DNA of 64,000 nucleotides from Pseudovirgaria hyperparasitica (lineage: Eukaryota), in assembly GCA_010093815.1 (NCBI GenBank), contig ML996565.1; one strand, given 5' to 3'. Positions within the stretch are counted from its first letter, which is position 1. Every line of letters begins with the position of its first letter. Below, piece after piece: positions 10,475 through 24,316 of the stretch. Below the pieces are notes generated by a model. That model searched no databases and had not been told where the DNA came from. It saw only the letters and a program-made list of their open reading frames with translations. The translations under genes were made by a program, and so were the position numbers.

Positions 10475-11440
10475 ATGACTGATAAGCTAATCCCTTCCGA
10501 TCCATCCCGAGTGATGGTCATTCGCGATGTCATCCCAAACGTGATCACCACTTTGTCTACTCCGTTTCTACGTTTCGGAAAGATAAAGATTGGCGGTAGA
10601 GGCACACTCGGTAAGCGCATGTGTCAGTTTAATGAACTCAGGCGCTGATGTAGGATAGTTCGCCTACAGAGTGGCTCTTTGGCAGTATTCTCTCCCACTG
10701 CTTTAACTCCCGAGGTCAAGGAAAAGGTGTCAAGCCTCGGAGGCAGGGTCAAGTACATCGTCGCCCCCGACTTGGAGGTAGAGATCTGTGAATCGTCATG
10801 AACGTATATCCATCTGACGGAATCGCAGCATCACATCTTCCTTGGACCATGGGCACAATTTTATCCCGGGGCCAAGGTCATTGGAATGGAGGGTTTACGA
10901 GAGAAGCGCGCAAAGCAAGAGAATGAAGATATTCCATTCGCTGTAACTTTCACATCAAAAGACAAGGACTCTGTCAAGATTGATACCGAGGTAAGATTGG
11001 GATCTCACGGCTAGAAGCAGAATCTCACGTGCATATAGTTCGATGCTGAATTTGACTATGAATACGTCCCAGCACATGCGAACAAGGAACTGGTATTCAA
11101 CCACAAGCCGTCCAAGACACTGATTGAGGCCGACCTGATCTTCAATATGCCAGCCACGGAGCAGATGAGTAGAACCAGCGAGTCAGCGACTACGGGTATC
11201 CTCACCAAGATCTGGACATATCTAACTAATACGAATGGAACTGCTCTCGCGCAGAAGCGCCTAATATGGTATGGCATCAGCGCAGGTGATAGAACAGGTT
11301 ATGCGAAGAGCATGGCCAAGATCAATGGTTGGGACTTTGACCGGATCATTCCGTGCCACGGAGACGTCATCGAGACTGGAGGAAAAGGTATCTTCCAGAA
11401 AGTGATGCAGTGGCATCTCAAGCTTGCAGAGAAACATTGA
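10475..11440 (+). CDS. DUF4336 family (metallo-beta-lactamase-like fold) protein
   Basis: Spliced exons give PFLRFGKIKIGGRGT, VFSPTALT, YIVAPDLEHHIFL, NKELVF, ADLIFNMPA and WDFDRIIPCHGD; three canonical introns. Confidence 0.8.
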
Positions 11441-11819
11441 ACTAGCGAGGCGTGTACAGTTGAGGTAGTGAGCATGCGTGCCTTTGGTCGAGGAGTTCCG
11501 GGGAGCGTTGCATGAAGAGGTGCCAGGTGGGCTTGCATCAAGATACCATGTTGGGGTTGCAGTTCTGCGCAGTATGAGAATTGTATGTGAACAATACATT
11601 AGATCTTTGTTACAGTCCATGTACTTTAAATGTAAAAGTCAACACACGAATGGGTAGCGCTCGTTTCGTCATTCATGCTGGCTCTCCTTGGCGGTCGCGA
11701 CGCGCTCCGGGACGCTATTATCGGTGCGGACTCCCGAGACATCGTCAAGGACAACTGCATAACCGGTACGCATAGTGTCCAAAAGATCACAGCAGGTCCA
11801 GCATGTCTCAGGCCCAATA

Positions 11820-14800
11820 ATGGATTTTGTGAGTTTACTACGAACATCTGCATTGATTCCTAACAGTTGAACAACAGTTCACGCGCCTCATCGGCGGCGT
11901 GTCGACTCCGAAGAAACAGGCGGCATCTAACAACCCCCAACAGCGTCTCGCACGCTTCAAAAAGGTGTACAATCAAGTTCTGGTCAGTCGTGGAGCATGA
12001 AAACGTCGTGATAAATTCAAGACTAATCGATCTGTTGAACAGCAAACCTGGCATAAGTCATCCGCCCTGCACTCCGCTCCCATCGCCGCAGAAAACATCC
12101 GTATCTCCTTCCAACGCTTAACGCATATACTCAACGACGAAAGCCGATCGCCGTCTCCTCACCTATGTCTGTCTTTCGCTGCATCCTCGCAGATCTACAC
12201 TGCTGTCGCACGTATTGCAGCGACCGCGCAAAACGAAGGCATAGTCAGAGAAGCTGTCGCTCTGTTCGCTGCCCTCATTGACAGCGAAGAGGAGGACTTC
12301 CTAGAGAATGAGAACTTCTCACGCTCTCTCATGAACTTTATCGGCAGAACTTCTACATCTGGAACAGTCATTATTGGTGAGGATGTTGAATCAGAGATTG
12401 TGGAACTGCTGTTTGGTATCGCAGCCAAGATTCGTCTCCAACCGGAAATTCTCCCAGTGTGGTTCACGTCCAAGGAGAAGGGAGATGAAGTGGCCAAGCT
12501 GGATCAAAAAGAGATTGACTTCGCCGGTGTGACACAGAAGGATGACTTTCCACTCTGTTACCAATTGATTGATCATGTCCACCACGAAGGCCGAATAGGA
12601 GATTTTGCAAGGACCGGCTTACTTTACATCTTTGAGTCTGCTTCAAAGTCTCGCGAGCTCGAAAAATGGATTGTCGAGAGTGATCTGTCGACTCTAATGG
12701 CTAGTAGCCTTGGAGCTTTATACAGTCAGCTTAGCAGGTATGTCTCTAGTCCTTACACCATAGTCCGATCTGACAGGTACAGAAAATTGTCAATACTACA
12801 TCCAAAAACAAATCTACCCATCATTCTCTCTTTGTCAGACTACATTGATCTTCAGTCGTCATCTGAAGCTGAGAGTGTATGGTCGTCAGACTTCAAGCTC
12901 CACATGGACACATTTCTGTCGTTCTTGGCCTTCTGGCAAGACGTACTGGAACACTGTAGATCGATCGACGTTCGACAGACTCTGATCGATCACTTCCAAA
13001 TTCTATTTCTACAACAACTCCTGTTCGTTTTCCGGGCTTGAATACTCCTTTGACTCTCGCTGATCCTTGTCAGGTACCCCTCTCTACTGGAATCTTCTGA
13101 CGTAGACGGGGGTTCTTCAGTCGCAGTGTTGACCTATCTTGGACGTATATTACACGCTCTCGACCATCCAGAGCTCATTCATATGATTCTCCACTACCTC
13201 CTTGCTCTCTCAGATCCTTTCGACACGAAAATAAGGTCTCCAAGATCACCTTTGGCAGCAAAACGACGGATGTCACTTATGGCCATGAGCCAGCCAGCCC
13301 ACGAGGATGATCAAATGAACCCATCTTTATTTAACCTTGTAGACTTGATACTGACCAGTACGCAATCTTCAAATCCACAGACTGTAGTCGCAGCCTTGAG
13401 ACTCGTGACGGTCATACTAAGCAAGAATCACCACTACGCGGTTGGCACGCTAGTAAAAACCATCGATATACAGTTGAAAGAGCCGCAGAGAACTATAGGG
13501 GCTTTAAACGCTGAAATGGAAATGTATCTATCGGTAGCCATTGCGTGTGGCGGTGAAAGTGGTGTTGATGAAGCGTATGCGACACATTTGAAAGACATGC
13601 AAACTATGCTAGAGTCGCATCCTTGCTCGCTGCGACAGATTTCTCTCGACAACGCGACCCCGATCACGGAGCATTTCTCCGTCACAGTGCCCCCGCAGGT
13701 CGGACTACACTACCTCATCCCCGACGACCCACTGCTCGTCTCTTTGCTCCGAGTTGTTGACAAGTTCCTGCTGAACGACGTTGAAACAAATCTGGCCCTG
13801 GTAGAGGCCATTACGAGTCTCGGCTCATGTGCTCAATTGAGACTCGAGAACTGGCTTGCAGTTGACCCTTCAAAGTATGAGTTTGACGAAGAAGAGGAAG
13901 AGCATGACAGGCCAGAAGACGTCATAGACGAAGCTCTTCGAAACATATATATCGCTCGACAAACTCCCCAGTACAAGGCGAAATTTACGCCACCCCTTCT
14001 TAAATCACTCCAAGGTCTACAGGCTCAAATTGACCAGCTTCGACTGCATATACCCGATCTTGATTACCACATCGAGAACCGTAAGCAGACATTTCACGTC
14101 GACGAGGAGATCATGGACGCCATGGCCGGACAACCAACGCCGTCCATGTCTCACGCCTCGTCCAGTCGTCCCTCTGCCGAGCTCCAACCTGGGCCATGGA
14201 ATGCTCAGATTCCAAAGCACGTCCGCGATGCACCCGCCACGCCATCCCGGTCACATTCGCCGCGCGGCAGAAAGGAAAATCTTGCGACGCCACAGCGCTT
14301 ACCATCTGCAACTGCATCACCTGCGCCTTCACGTCTCGGTGGTCGCACACTTGTGAGCAGTCCTACACCTGGCAGCGGAGATCGCTCACGCGCGATAAGC
14401 CCTGCTCCTACTGCCAAGGCACGGCAGCCGGGCGAATCCACCATGATGAGTGGGCTGATGACTGACGTCAGTGAGAATGTGGCTGGGGTATTGGATGGGA
14501 GACGAGAAGTGCGGTTCAAAATCACTAGAAAGAGGATTTCCGTTGAAGTGGTGCGGAGTCCCAATGACCAGACACGAGTGAAGGTCGGACCTACTGGCTC
14601 CCCTACTACATTACAGTACACTTCGATTCAAGGGCCCCAATCTAGTACCGACGGCCAAGACAAAAGGTCTACAAGCCCGGAGGATGCCGGGACTCCAAGC
14701 GAGACTATCGAGAATCTCGAGACTCAGGAAAAAGGGGCAAAACATACACTAGAGTCGCCATCAGAGGCCGGTAATGACGACGATGACGATGACGATGACG

Positions 14801-14940
14801 ATGAAGAGCAGGAGATCATAAAAGAAGCCAGCCTGAACCATATACTCACAAACATTGTCATCCTGCAAGAGTTCATCCTCGAGCTCGTTGCCCTCCTGCA
14901 AATTCGAGCCAGCCTCTTCCAAGAAGTCCGGTTCGCCTGA
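11820..14940 (+). CDS. RAI16-like / FAM160 (FHIP) family protein
   Basis: Spliced start MDF|FTRLIGG; HHEGRIGDFARTGLLYI, MASSLGALYSQL, FLAFWQDVLEHC, YPSLLESSD and C-terminal LTNIVILQEFILELVALLQIRASLF; several introns. Confidence 0.85.
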
Positions 14941-16479
14941 AATCAATCTTCTCTGTCTGGTTTTTTAGCTCGACGTTTTTTGTCTTTGTTTTGCATTTTT
15001 CTGTAAGGAAAAAGTCCCGCAGCATCAATATACCCTTTTTCTTTCTTTCGATTGATCGATATCAAGGGCGTATTTTCAGAGTAGTTTCCTCACTTCTTGG
15101 GAGAGTGTGCTGTAGTAGTGTCCGCAAGGGAATGCCAAAATACCTGCGTTAGATGATTATGCTTGGAATGACGTGCTTGCGCATGAACTCTCGGGTCTTC
15201 GAAAGGCATAATGTATCCGTTGATATGAGTATCCGCAATCTTATCTATGTCACAGTACCTCTACGTCAACACCGGCCTCCACCTTCAACCACGCCAGACA
15301 TGTAGTGTACTAAAGCCAGGATTGCCTCCCACAGTAGTATTCACGCCATGACGAGCCTCGCGCTCTACAGGGTAAAATTATGATCATCAGAATAGACGAT
15401 GAAATAAGATCCAGGCAGAGATGATAAGGACCGTCCCCTACCTACACAAAGTATGGAATTGCCAAGGTCATGAAGTGTTCTCATAAAGTGCGTCTACATA
15501 CATACGTACATACCCTTCAGACACGCAACCACCAAAGCACTCAAAACCTACCAGCGCAGAAGGCCTCTGCCACACTCGTACTGGCACTGCTCATGATACC
15601 ATCACAGCGACTTCAAAGTATTCGGATCGCACCGCATGTTTCGAAAGGAGCATATGCTGGAGAACCCAACCGGCGGTGAGTCACTGCAAGAGGTCAAAAG
15701 GTATCCCCTGAACAGTCTAGGAATCCTATGAGCTGAGTGTCCAACACTTATCGTGAAGTGTCTACCATTCAATCATCAGCAGACCTCCATCAGGAAGCAT
15801 GTCTTCTCTCGAGTCGAATCAATTGCTATTCGATTATCGCAGGCCCTTTTCCCATGGCACAGGGACCGCTCTCGTGACTGACTAATGGTGACATGAGATG
15901 TACGATTAAGCAATCTCAGATGGATTAAATCAAGCAGCCATCTCTCCCATTTCCTTCCCTCCAGTCGACGACAAAGCCTGAACATCTACCTAGCACTTTT
16001 CCTCTCAGCATCAAACACATGCCCTCCTCCTCTGTACACAACCCAGCTAACGCTTATATATACAAAAGCCATGAATGACCTAATATAGTCAGTTACACTA
16101 GTTAGGTTTAAGGAAATGATACGTCTACTCTCTATCTGATACACACAGTGTCACGGCTTCATGATGATACGCTATTAGGAGGACTGTAGAAGCTATGATG
16201 ATGGCGCACAAGTAGGTAGGCAGTAATTAGCAGAGGTGATGGGGGCGTGCATGTATGATCATGGCACACATCGTATAATATATGACTACAGTGCTGACAA
16301 CACAATACGCACTAGGACATGGATGGATGCACTTTACTCTTGACAGTAGTGTATTTGTCCCGATGAACTTATAAGAAGAAAAGGATATTATACCCCGAGT
16401 CTTACGACGCCAATTATATATATCCCCGTGGCTTGAGTTTTCTCCCTCGACTTCCCCCCCTTCACTCTTCCCCCATGCA

Positions 16480-16520
<41 letters not shown>

Positions 16521-16532
16521 GCCTGTCTGTCT
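16480..16532. repeat. (TGTC)n tetranucleotide microsatellite, ~13 units with one mismatch
   Basis: Read directly from the sequence. Confidence 0.95.
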
Positions 16533-16563
16533 ATATACACGCCAATGCACCTTTTCACCCATA

Positions 16564-16594
<31 letters not shown>

Positions 16595-16595
16595 C
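16564..16595. repeat. (CATC)n tetranucleotide microsatellite, ~8 units with one mismatch
   Basis: Read directly from the sequence. Confidence 0.9.
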
Positions 16596-17033
16596 TACCC
16601 GTTCAACCAATCATACCACAAAGCACTCAATAAATGCACGACACAAAGCGTACATAGCGTAACCTTCGGCACCAGAATTACTTTGAAAATGCCAACAATG
16701 CTAATGCTAATAATACTTAAAATGCGAATGAATATCTATATATGCATGCATGCCCTTCCTTCAAGATTCCATTCATGGCATAAATTCCTATTCCCTTTAG
16801 GTCATCATACCATTACCTTCCGGACTTGTGTGACCAGACAGGTTGATAAAACACATCCGACGCCAGAACGCCTCGCTTCCTGTTTGTTTTGTCATCGATA
16901 AGATGCCCAGACCAATGCTCTTCTCTTGCAGTTCGCTTCTAAGACCGTTAACATGACCGTTTTTTGCACCAAGCTAATTCCGCTACAACTTTTGTTAAAA
17001 CATAAAAGTCCGATGTCGACTATTTAGTCCCTC

Positions 17034-18422
17034 TCATTCCGCCTTGCCCCAATACGTGCCACAGTGCACACTGTACGTGTCCTGCCTGACATAACCGCCC
17101 TTCTTGCCCGCGGTGATGACCAGCGCCGTCAACTTGCCGCCCTTGACACAGTCCGTGTCCAGGCCCTTGGTATACTTCTTCAAGCCCAGGCCCCGTTGCG
17201 AGTCGTGGCCGTAGATGACCGTCTGGCGCTCCTCCAGCTTCCGTTGCTTCTGGGCGTAGTTCCATATCTTCGCCCAGCATACGCCGTCGTGCGCAGGCGT
17301 GGGAAGACGAGTTTTGAGGTTCACTGTGCGCATGTTCATGCACAAGTACGGGTCCTGTGATTCCAGGGAGATGTGCTCGAGATGTGTGGAAACGGCGAGA
17401 CCGGCGTGGACGACGCTGACATCGCCCATGCCGGGAATTGGGCCGATGTTGAGGATGACCGGGCACTCCTGGAGCCATGCGATCTCAGATTTGCTGAATG
17501 TTTTGGCGAGGGCGAGCGCCTTGGAGTTGTGGGACGGGTCGTCGGGGTCTTCGGGGATGTCGTAATTTGGGTGGCTACTGGTAGACGATGTGATTGAGTC
17601 CTCGTGAGCCTTGAGTGCAAGCAGGACTTTGTCTTCGTGGTTGCCACGGACAGAAGAGGCACCGAGGTCGCGTGCGAGTTGTACGACGCCGACAGAGTCT
17701 GGTCCCTTGGAGATGAGGTCGCCGGTGAAGATTAGGTGGTCGGTGGTGCGGTCGAAGGAGACTTTGGCGAGCAGTTTGACGACTACAGATGGTCAGCATT
17801 CGCTACAGCATGTCCAGACACCCTGTGTGGGATTCGACGGAGACTCACGCTCTTCCTTACACCCATGAACATCCCCTACAACAACCAATCTCTTCCTCGC
17901 CCCTGTCCCTTCATGCTCTCCCGGCACCAAATGACTATCCAGCTTCTTCACCTTGATCAGCCCGTCAAAGTCAACGGCCTTATTACTGCCAACCACGTCT
18001 GCGTTGTTCGGGTCGAAGCCCCACCGTAACTCCTTCCATTCATGCCAACTCGCCCGAAACGTCGTCTCCCAACTCGCCCACGCCACCAGGACCAGTATAC
18101 AGTAGATGCACATATATCTCTGAATTCTCCTCGGTACACGCTTCGGACTGAGCTTGCGCAACACACGCGTACGTTCCGACCAGGCCGACTTTTCCCAGAT
18201 CCACTGCTTTTCTTCCGCGTCGAGGGAGGAGGAGTCGTAGGCGTGCGGGTCTTTGCGCCACTCGTTTGTGATGCTGTCGATGAGGGGTCTGTGTGTGGAT
18301 TGTGGATAGGAGGGAGTAGGAGGAGGAGCTGGAGCTGGAGCTGGAGCGAATGTGTTCTGGTACGGTCCGCGGGACCGGTCGCTCTGGGAGCTGCCATCGG
18401 GAGTTTTATATGTGGGAAGCAT
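17034..18422 (-). CDS. Calcineurin-like metallophosphoesterase with N-terminal membrane anchor (Ppn2/ApaH-like)
   Basis: GDVHG, FTGDLISKGP, RGNHED, VVHAG, YGHD and LDTDCVKGG motifs after removing one intron (~17783-17848); hydrophobic segment YMCIYCILVLVAWASW. Confidence 0.85.
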
Positions 18423-20015
18423 GCTGGTGAAGGGGAAGGCACGAATGAGGAGGTGAAGGAGCAGCTGTGAACGGTTGAACAACAGTCGAGAGAGGTTACA
18501 GATGGCGGTCAAGGTTCGGGACACTGTGATGCCTTGCACTGATGGATGTGCTCGGGGGGTGCGTCGATCGAGAGATTATGCGTGATGCGATGTAAAGAGG
18601 GGTGCAGCTATCGTGCTGACAGTGATGGCGGCGGCGGCGGCGGATCAATATGCTCGAGAAGGAGAAGAGCTCCGAGAGAGAAGTGAGGATGCAGGTACTG
18701 TAAGTTGTAGATAGGAAAACTCAAGAAAGAAGATGCCGTCGATTCGTCTCATCACGCCACGCCGCCCCGAAAACTAATACATGAAGGACAAGGTTGAAGG
18801 ATGCAAGATGCGGCCATCTCATTGGGAGACGGCGCGTATCGCCTTGGCAATATCTCTCACTTCACGACTCTTTGTCTTGCACAAAGATGGGATGTATAAA
18901 AGCAAAAGGCAACGAAAGAAGCGTTCATAGTGTACCAAGTTATTAGCAGACGCCAGACTGAAGTGGTCGCGTGATGAATTACTCGATGCAGCAATGGAAT
19001 AGAAGCTATTAATCAATTACTCGCCCTAATTCAAACTTATACATACTAAATGTTCCCAAGCTTCATCCTTGGCTGCACGTGACCTTCCTCGACCCACAAT
19101 ACACAGCACATTTCTCTACGCCTCACACTACACTGTAATGAACGTCTCACTCTGTTTCCAATATCGCAGACGGAGCAAGATAGATCCCAGTCCAGCATCC
19201 ACACCAATTATACATAACACACATACTCATCGCATCCTCAACAACCTCAACATGCATAAAACACGAGTATCACACATCCATCCGAGTGAACACAGCATCA
19301 ACCATCCCAGTAGATATCCGTATAGACAGCTCGCGTGACACCTCACGCGTTACACTATCGCACTCACTCACTATATATACATATACACCCTACCTATACA
19401 AACGCGCTACGCCAATGCGCCGCATCCTAACTGCCCGGCTACGCCAACAAGCCCACTCCCAAACTCCACTCCACATAGTCGTACCCACCCGCCAGCCAGC
19501 CAGCCCGCCCGTCAAGGTTCAGCCGCTGGCTCTGGCTCTGGGCTGTGGCTCTGGCTCTGGCTCACAAGAGGGCTGCGGCTGCTAGGAGGGCCAACCTTGA
19601 TCCCTTGACCAATCGTATTGCGCGGCGCTGCAACGTGTGTTTGTGCACACGCGAGTTCCGAACTGCTGGCTTCCGGCGCGGCAATGATCCATTATCGTTG
19701 TTCTTTAGCTTTTTGAATTTGACAGGTTGGAAGATGGGGTGTGATAGTAGATGTAGTTGTTAGGTGTGGTGCGCGTGGTGTAGACCTCGAGTGCGGTGAT
19801 TAAACCTTGACGAATTACTGCTGTAGGGGAGGAACAGCTCACAAGGGGAGCAAGAATAGACGCATGCAGGATGTGGACAGAGGAGTGATGGTATTCAATG
19901 CTGCTAGCATACGCTACTACAATGACAAGAGAGTCGTGACATCTTCTGCTCTCGTAAAAAAACATATCGCTGCATCTGCTATGCGCGTTGGGTATATCTC
20001 CAAGGTACCAAGTAA

Positions 20016-21179
20016 TCAGTGCAGGCCGTCCACATCGTCGTCATCGTCATTCAGCAGCCATCGCAGGCCTTCAACAGAATCCTTCAAGACCTGCTTGCTC
20101 ATCTCCAGCTGTGGGAAGTTGGTCCAGAACATATGTCCGTAGCCCTTGTACAAGTCCAGCTTCGTCTTGACATCCGCCTCCTCCCTCAGCACACGCTCGT
20201 AGAGCAGGCCCTCGTCTCGCAACGGATCCAGGCCGCAGACCTGCAGGTACGTCTTCGGCAAACCCCGGTGCCCACCACGCGGGTCATTAAAGGGTGTGTA
20301 CAGCGGACTCTCGACATCCGGCTTATATGCTCCGCCAAGCGTGCGCTGAGTCGCCTCGTCAAACTGTAACACCGGGTCCTGGGTACACAGCTCGCGACTC
20401 AGAAACTCTGGCTTGTACTGCGCAGGCAGCGTACGCGGATCGGCTAGCACGGGGACACACAGGAATTGCCCTGTGAGCCGTGGTGTGAGGTGTTCGTCGC
20501 GCGCCAAGTGTGCCAAGACAGCCGCGATGTTTCCGCCGGCTGAAGCGCCGCCGATGATGAAGCCTGCATGCGGATCTGCGCCTAGGGACTCGTAGTTTTC
20601 CGCGACCTATAGGGTATTTAAGTCAGTGACTAGGAATAGTGTTAGGTGGAGGTGTCTGTACGTACCCATTTTAGTGCGTCCCAGCAGTCGAGTACCGGTC
20701 GCGGAAAGGGGTGTTCAGGGGCGAGGCGGTAGTCGACGTTTATGCAGACAGCGTTGAACTCTTTGGTGAAGGCGCGGCAGTTTGTTTCTTCGTCGCTGAG
20801 ATCGCCCATGGACCAGCCACCTTCGTGAAATGCGACGTAGAGAGGGCCATACGCACGAGGGCGTTGGGTGTGTGTGTAGATTCGGATAGTGATGTATTCT
20901 CCGTCGCTCATTTCAATCTGACGGTCGACTTCCCTGACCTCTGGGATGGGACCGGGGATGGGCCTCAGGTGCTGGCGATCGCGTAGTATTTGCGCACGAT
21001 GTTCACGTTGAATCTTCATGTCTGTTGTATTAGGCTTTGGGGGGAGCGGATTCTTGGTGAGTTCCTGGCATCCTGTTAGACGGTGCGGTGCCTCGAATAA
21101 GACTCGAACAGCTTACAGCTTCCAAAGCCGGGTCCATGACACCTGCAGCCAGAAGCTCTTCTCTTGTTCGTGGACCCAT
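20016..21179 (-). CDS. Alpha/beta hydrolase fold-3 (HSL-like) esterase/lipase
   Basis: FHEGGW, VDYRLAPEHPFP, GASAGG nucleophile elbow, DPLRDEG and GYGHMFW; two introns. Confidence 0.9.
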
Positions 21180-22501
21180 ATGTGATGTGGTAGGCGATGT
21201 CAAGGTGTGATCGTAGGATGTGGTCCTGTTTTGGGAGGCAAATACGTTTTGTGGAATGTGGTAGCGGGGCTTGCGGTAGTGAGGAACTTTGACAGAGGCC
21301 ATCGCAGCTGGATGGGACAGCAGCCCGTTTAAATAGATGCGCCGCAGTCGGTGAGACTCGATATCCCGTGGCTTCTGGAGTTTATGACCCTGGTGTACAG
21401 CGTATCCCCACTAAAATGGTGTCGCTCGGTGTCGGTGATACAGCCTACTTGTCTGATTGATAGTGAGGGAGACGATGTTTGGAGATATGGTGAGACGAAG
21501 CAGGGTAGCGGGCGGGGAGTTGTATTTGAAAGGTGTGGAGGACTGGATGACGAATGTCGCACTATGGCAAGTGAAAAGGCTCCGCGACGCGGTTTGCCCA
21601 GGCCTATTCTTTGGCACCAAGACGTGCGCTACTGCATCCAGCCTGCAGTCCCACAGATCCGACTCCGTTATTCTCGGCAACACTATCCATGTCAAGTATA
21701 GTGAGTGACATTCCCGATTTAAACTGTCTCGGCGGTCGGGCATGGCGGAGTTGGCAGATTGCTGTTTATTAATTCTGATATTACATATACAGTAGGTTCA
21801 GCCTCAGGCCGCAGTCAGGCAGCAACATCATTCAATTGGTGTATACAACAAATCGCATCGAACCAACAGCCTTCTTAAATCTCATTTTCAGCCACACTTA
21901 CAACACTGCCGGCACACTCATGTCAACCTCATTTCCAGCCAAAATTGCTGAGCCTCGTGGAGGTCATGCCTTCATTTACATTATTTGGTGCTCTACCATC
22001 GCTTAGTATGACGGTGCCCTTTCTTTCTCCGCAGCATTGGATGAAGCGTATGTCCTTCACACCGTGACTCTTATCGTCCAATCTATAAGTTCGTTGAGCA
22101 GTGTTGCGCCAAAACCGTAATGACATCTGGTAGCACTGGCATAGCCTCCTGTCGAATCAGCCTCGCACGGCAATGCAGCGAGAACCAATCAAGGCTCGAG
22201 GACCATATGCAACTCGAGGTGCTTCCCAACACTCCTCGTCGATAGATAAAATTCTGCTTCTATGATGTCTACACACCTATCGGACTTTGACGAATACATC
22301 AGCGAAGCATTTCTCAGTTGACAGCATCAACTGTCGACTGTCTATCTACTTTAAGCACCGTGAAGGCGCGACTTAAGCTCAGCTCAGCCTTGTGACAGAA
22401 CATTGCAAGCTTTTCAAAAGGTCTCTTCTTTACCTCCCAGCGAAGACGGAAATGACTCAATGAAGGTTTCGAAACTGACTGTGAGCAGATAACAGCCTGT
22501 C

Positions 22502-24316
22502 ATGCCTACCAACCTCGTCCAGTTGGGGGAGGTGTCTCTCGGATTGGATGAGCCGACACGCAGACAGTCTGAGCTTACGGAAATACAAGGAGTGCACTCA
22601 TCGATCCCCGGAAACACCAAAACACCACCCCAAAGCTTGATTCCAGTTGCATCAAATGCTTCGGAGCCGCGATCGTCGTCCCTTGGAAGTTCGATAACCT
22701 TAGAACCACACCTGGCAAACATCGATAGATCGACGAGTTCGGATCCGCGCTCGCTTACAGCATCATCATCCGAGCCAACTAGTGAATGTATTCCCATCGA
22801 ATTCGATCAAACGAACCTGCCATCATCCCAAGTAGAACCAATAGTCCACGAGGCACCATCATCGTCCACGATAAGTTCTGTTTGGGAAGACTGGTCTGGA
22901 CGAGGCAGTCACGTGGATTTTCGGCGAGACGAATCACTACCATTGGTTGCCGGGCGCGAGTTGGGTGTTGGACGGAATGGACATGTGTACGAAACCAAGT
23001 GCAAAGGCGTCGCGCTGGCTTGGAAACGACGCATACGCCGAGGAAAATGGGGTCCAGAGCAGCGAAAAGAGATTGATATATTGAAGCGATTGTCCCATGA
23101 CCACATCATCAAGCTAATTGGCACATATACTCAAGGCAATACGCTTGGCGTATTACTTTGGCCGGTAGCCACTTGCGACCTCGACACGCTCTTCTTGGAC
23201 ATAGAGCTCCTCCATCACCCGGACCGGCTTGCAGCTTGGGAGGGGCGGAGGGAAACGATACACGAACGACTGGAGGCCCTGGGTTTAGAAATGCCCGAAG
23301 CTACGTGCACGGATCAGAGGCAGCGCGGTCACCACAAAAAGCTTCTCACGCTTGTTGGCTGCATAGCATGTGCAGTGGAATTCTTACATTCGCAGAACAT
23401 CCGCCACAAGGATATAAAGCCGGCCAATGTGCTGATCACGAAAAATGGGCTCTGGCTGACTGATTTCGATATGTCGACGGACTTCTCTTTGCTCTCGTCT
23501 AGTGACACAGAGAACGGCGAACGCGGCACACCCAAGTACTTTGCCCCTGAAGTGGCCGCGTACGAACCATCTGGCCGGGCTGCAGATATCTTCTCCCTTG
23601 GATGTTTGTTCCTCGAGTTGCACTGTTTGTCCTCTGGCGCATGCTTGGAAGATCTGAAAGCTTTGCGACCAGCTCAAAATCAATCGTATCACGCAAATCT
23701 CCATAACCGTAACTCCTGGATCAATCTCATAGGGGGTAATGTTGAGGAAAGAATTGAACTTCTGTATTTTCGGATTTTGATTTCTCGTATGCTTGAACTG
23801 GATCCAAGTCGACGACTAAGCGCTAAGAAAGTTGTGCGATATATAAGTATGCTTGAGCGCTATCCTTCTTTCGGTACACCCGCAATGTGGCATAGACCCT
23901 GTTGTGATCCAAGAGAGCAGCTCGTGAAGAAAAAAAAGTATCAGGACAAGATCACGGGCGGGGAATCGCAATTGGGCGCAACCATCGGTTCATGGGAATT
24001 GTTGTTCGAGTCCGTCGAGATGGCATTTGGCTGGGCTCTAGAAAAAAAATTGTATAGAACCAAACTTGATTTACATGATACAGCTCTTTCGCCGAAAATC
24101 GACAGAAAATGGGAGCTACAAGAGAAACTGATGAAAGACAAACTGGCAGAGAAGGAAAAAACGGTCGAGACATTCGCCCGCCAGAATGAGAGCTTGAAGC
24201 ATGAGTTGTCTGAAAGTCATGCTCGCCAACAGGAACAAGCACGCGAAATTGAAGCTATGAGGCGCCAGCTGTCGGAACTTGGGGTAGAGCCCACGGCCGA
24301 AGACAGAAATTTGTAG
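22502..24316 (+). CDS. Ser/Thr protein kinase with C-terminal coiled coil (lineage-expanded fungal type)
   Basis: LGVGRNGHVY, LAWK, HKDIKPANVL, TDFD, GTPKYFAPE and ADIFSLG; heptad-rich C-terminus. Confidence 0.88.
   Translation: MPTNLVQLGEVSLGLDEPTRRQSELTEIQGVHSSIPGNTKTPPQSLIPVASNASEPRSSSLGSSITLEPHLANIDRSTSSDPRSLTASSSEPTSECIPIEFDQTNLPSSQVEPIVHEAPSSSTISSVWEDWSGRGSHVDFRRDESLPLVAGRELGVGRNGHVYETKCKGVALAWKRRIRRGKWGPEQRKEIDILKRLSHDHIIKLIGTYTQGNTLGVLLWPVATCDLDTLFLDIELLHHPDRLAAWEGRRETIHERLEALGLEMPEATCTDQRQRGHHKKLLTLVGCIACAVEFLHSQNIRHKDIKPANVLITKNGLWLTDFDMSTDFSLLSSSDTENGERGTPKYFAPEVAAYEPSGRAADIFSLGCLFLELHCLSSGACLEDLKALRPAQNQSYHANLHNRNSWINLIGGNVEERIELLYFRILISRMLELDPSRRLSAKKVVRYISMLERYPSFGTPAMWHRPCCDPREQLVKKKKYQDKITGGESQLGATIGSWELLFESVEMAFGWALEKKLYRTKLDLHDTALSPKIDRKWELQEKLMKDKLAEKEKTVETFARQNESLKHELSESHARQQEQAREIEAMRRQLSELGVEPTAEDRNL

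Noticed and set aside
16227..16901. ORFs with QTDR / SVCL / IHPS repeats
   Set aside because: Translations of the TGTC and CATC microsatellites.
19520..19692. 36-codon minus-strand ORF (MDHCRAGS...) beside a GGCTCT repeat
   Set aside because: Too short, with no signal peptide or splice support; cannot be distinguished from chance.
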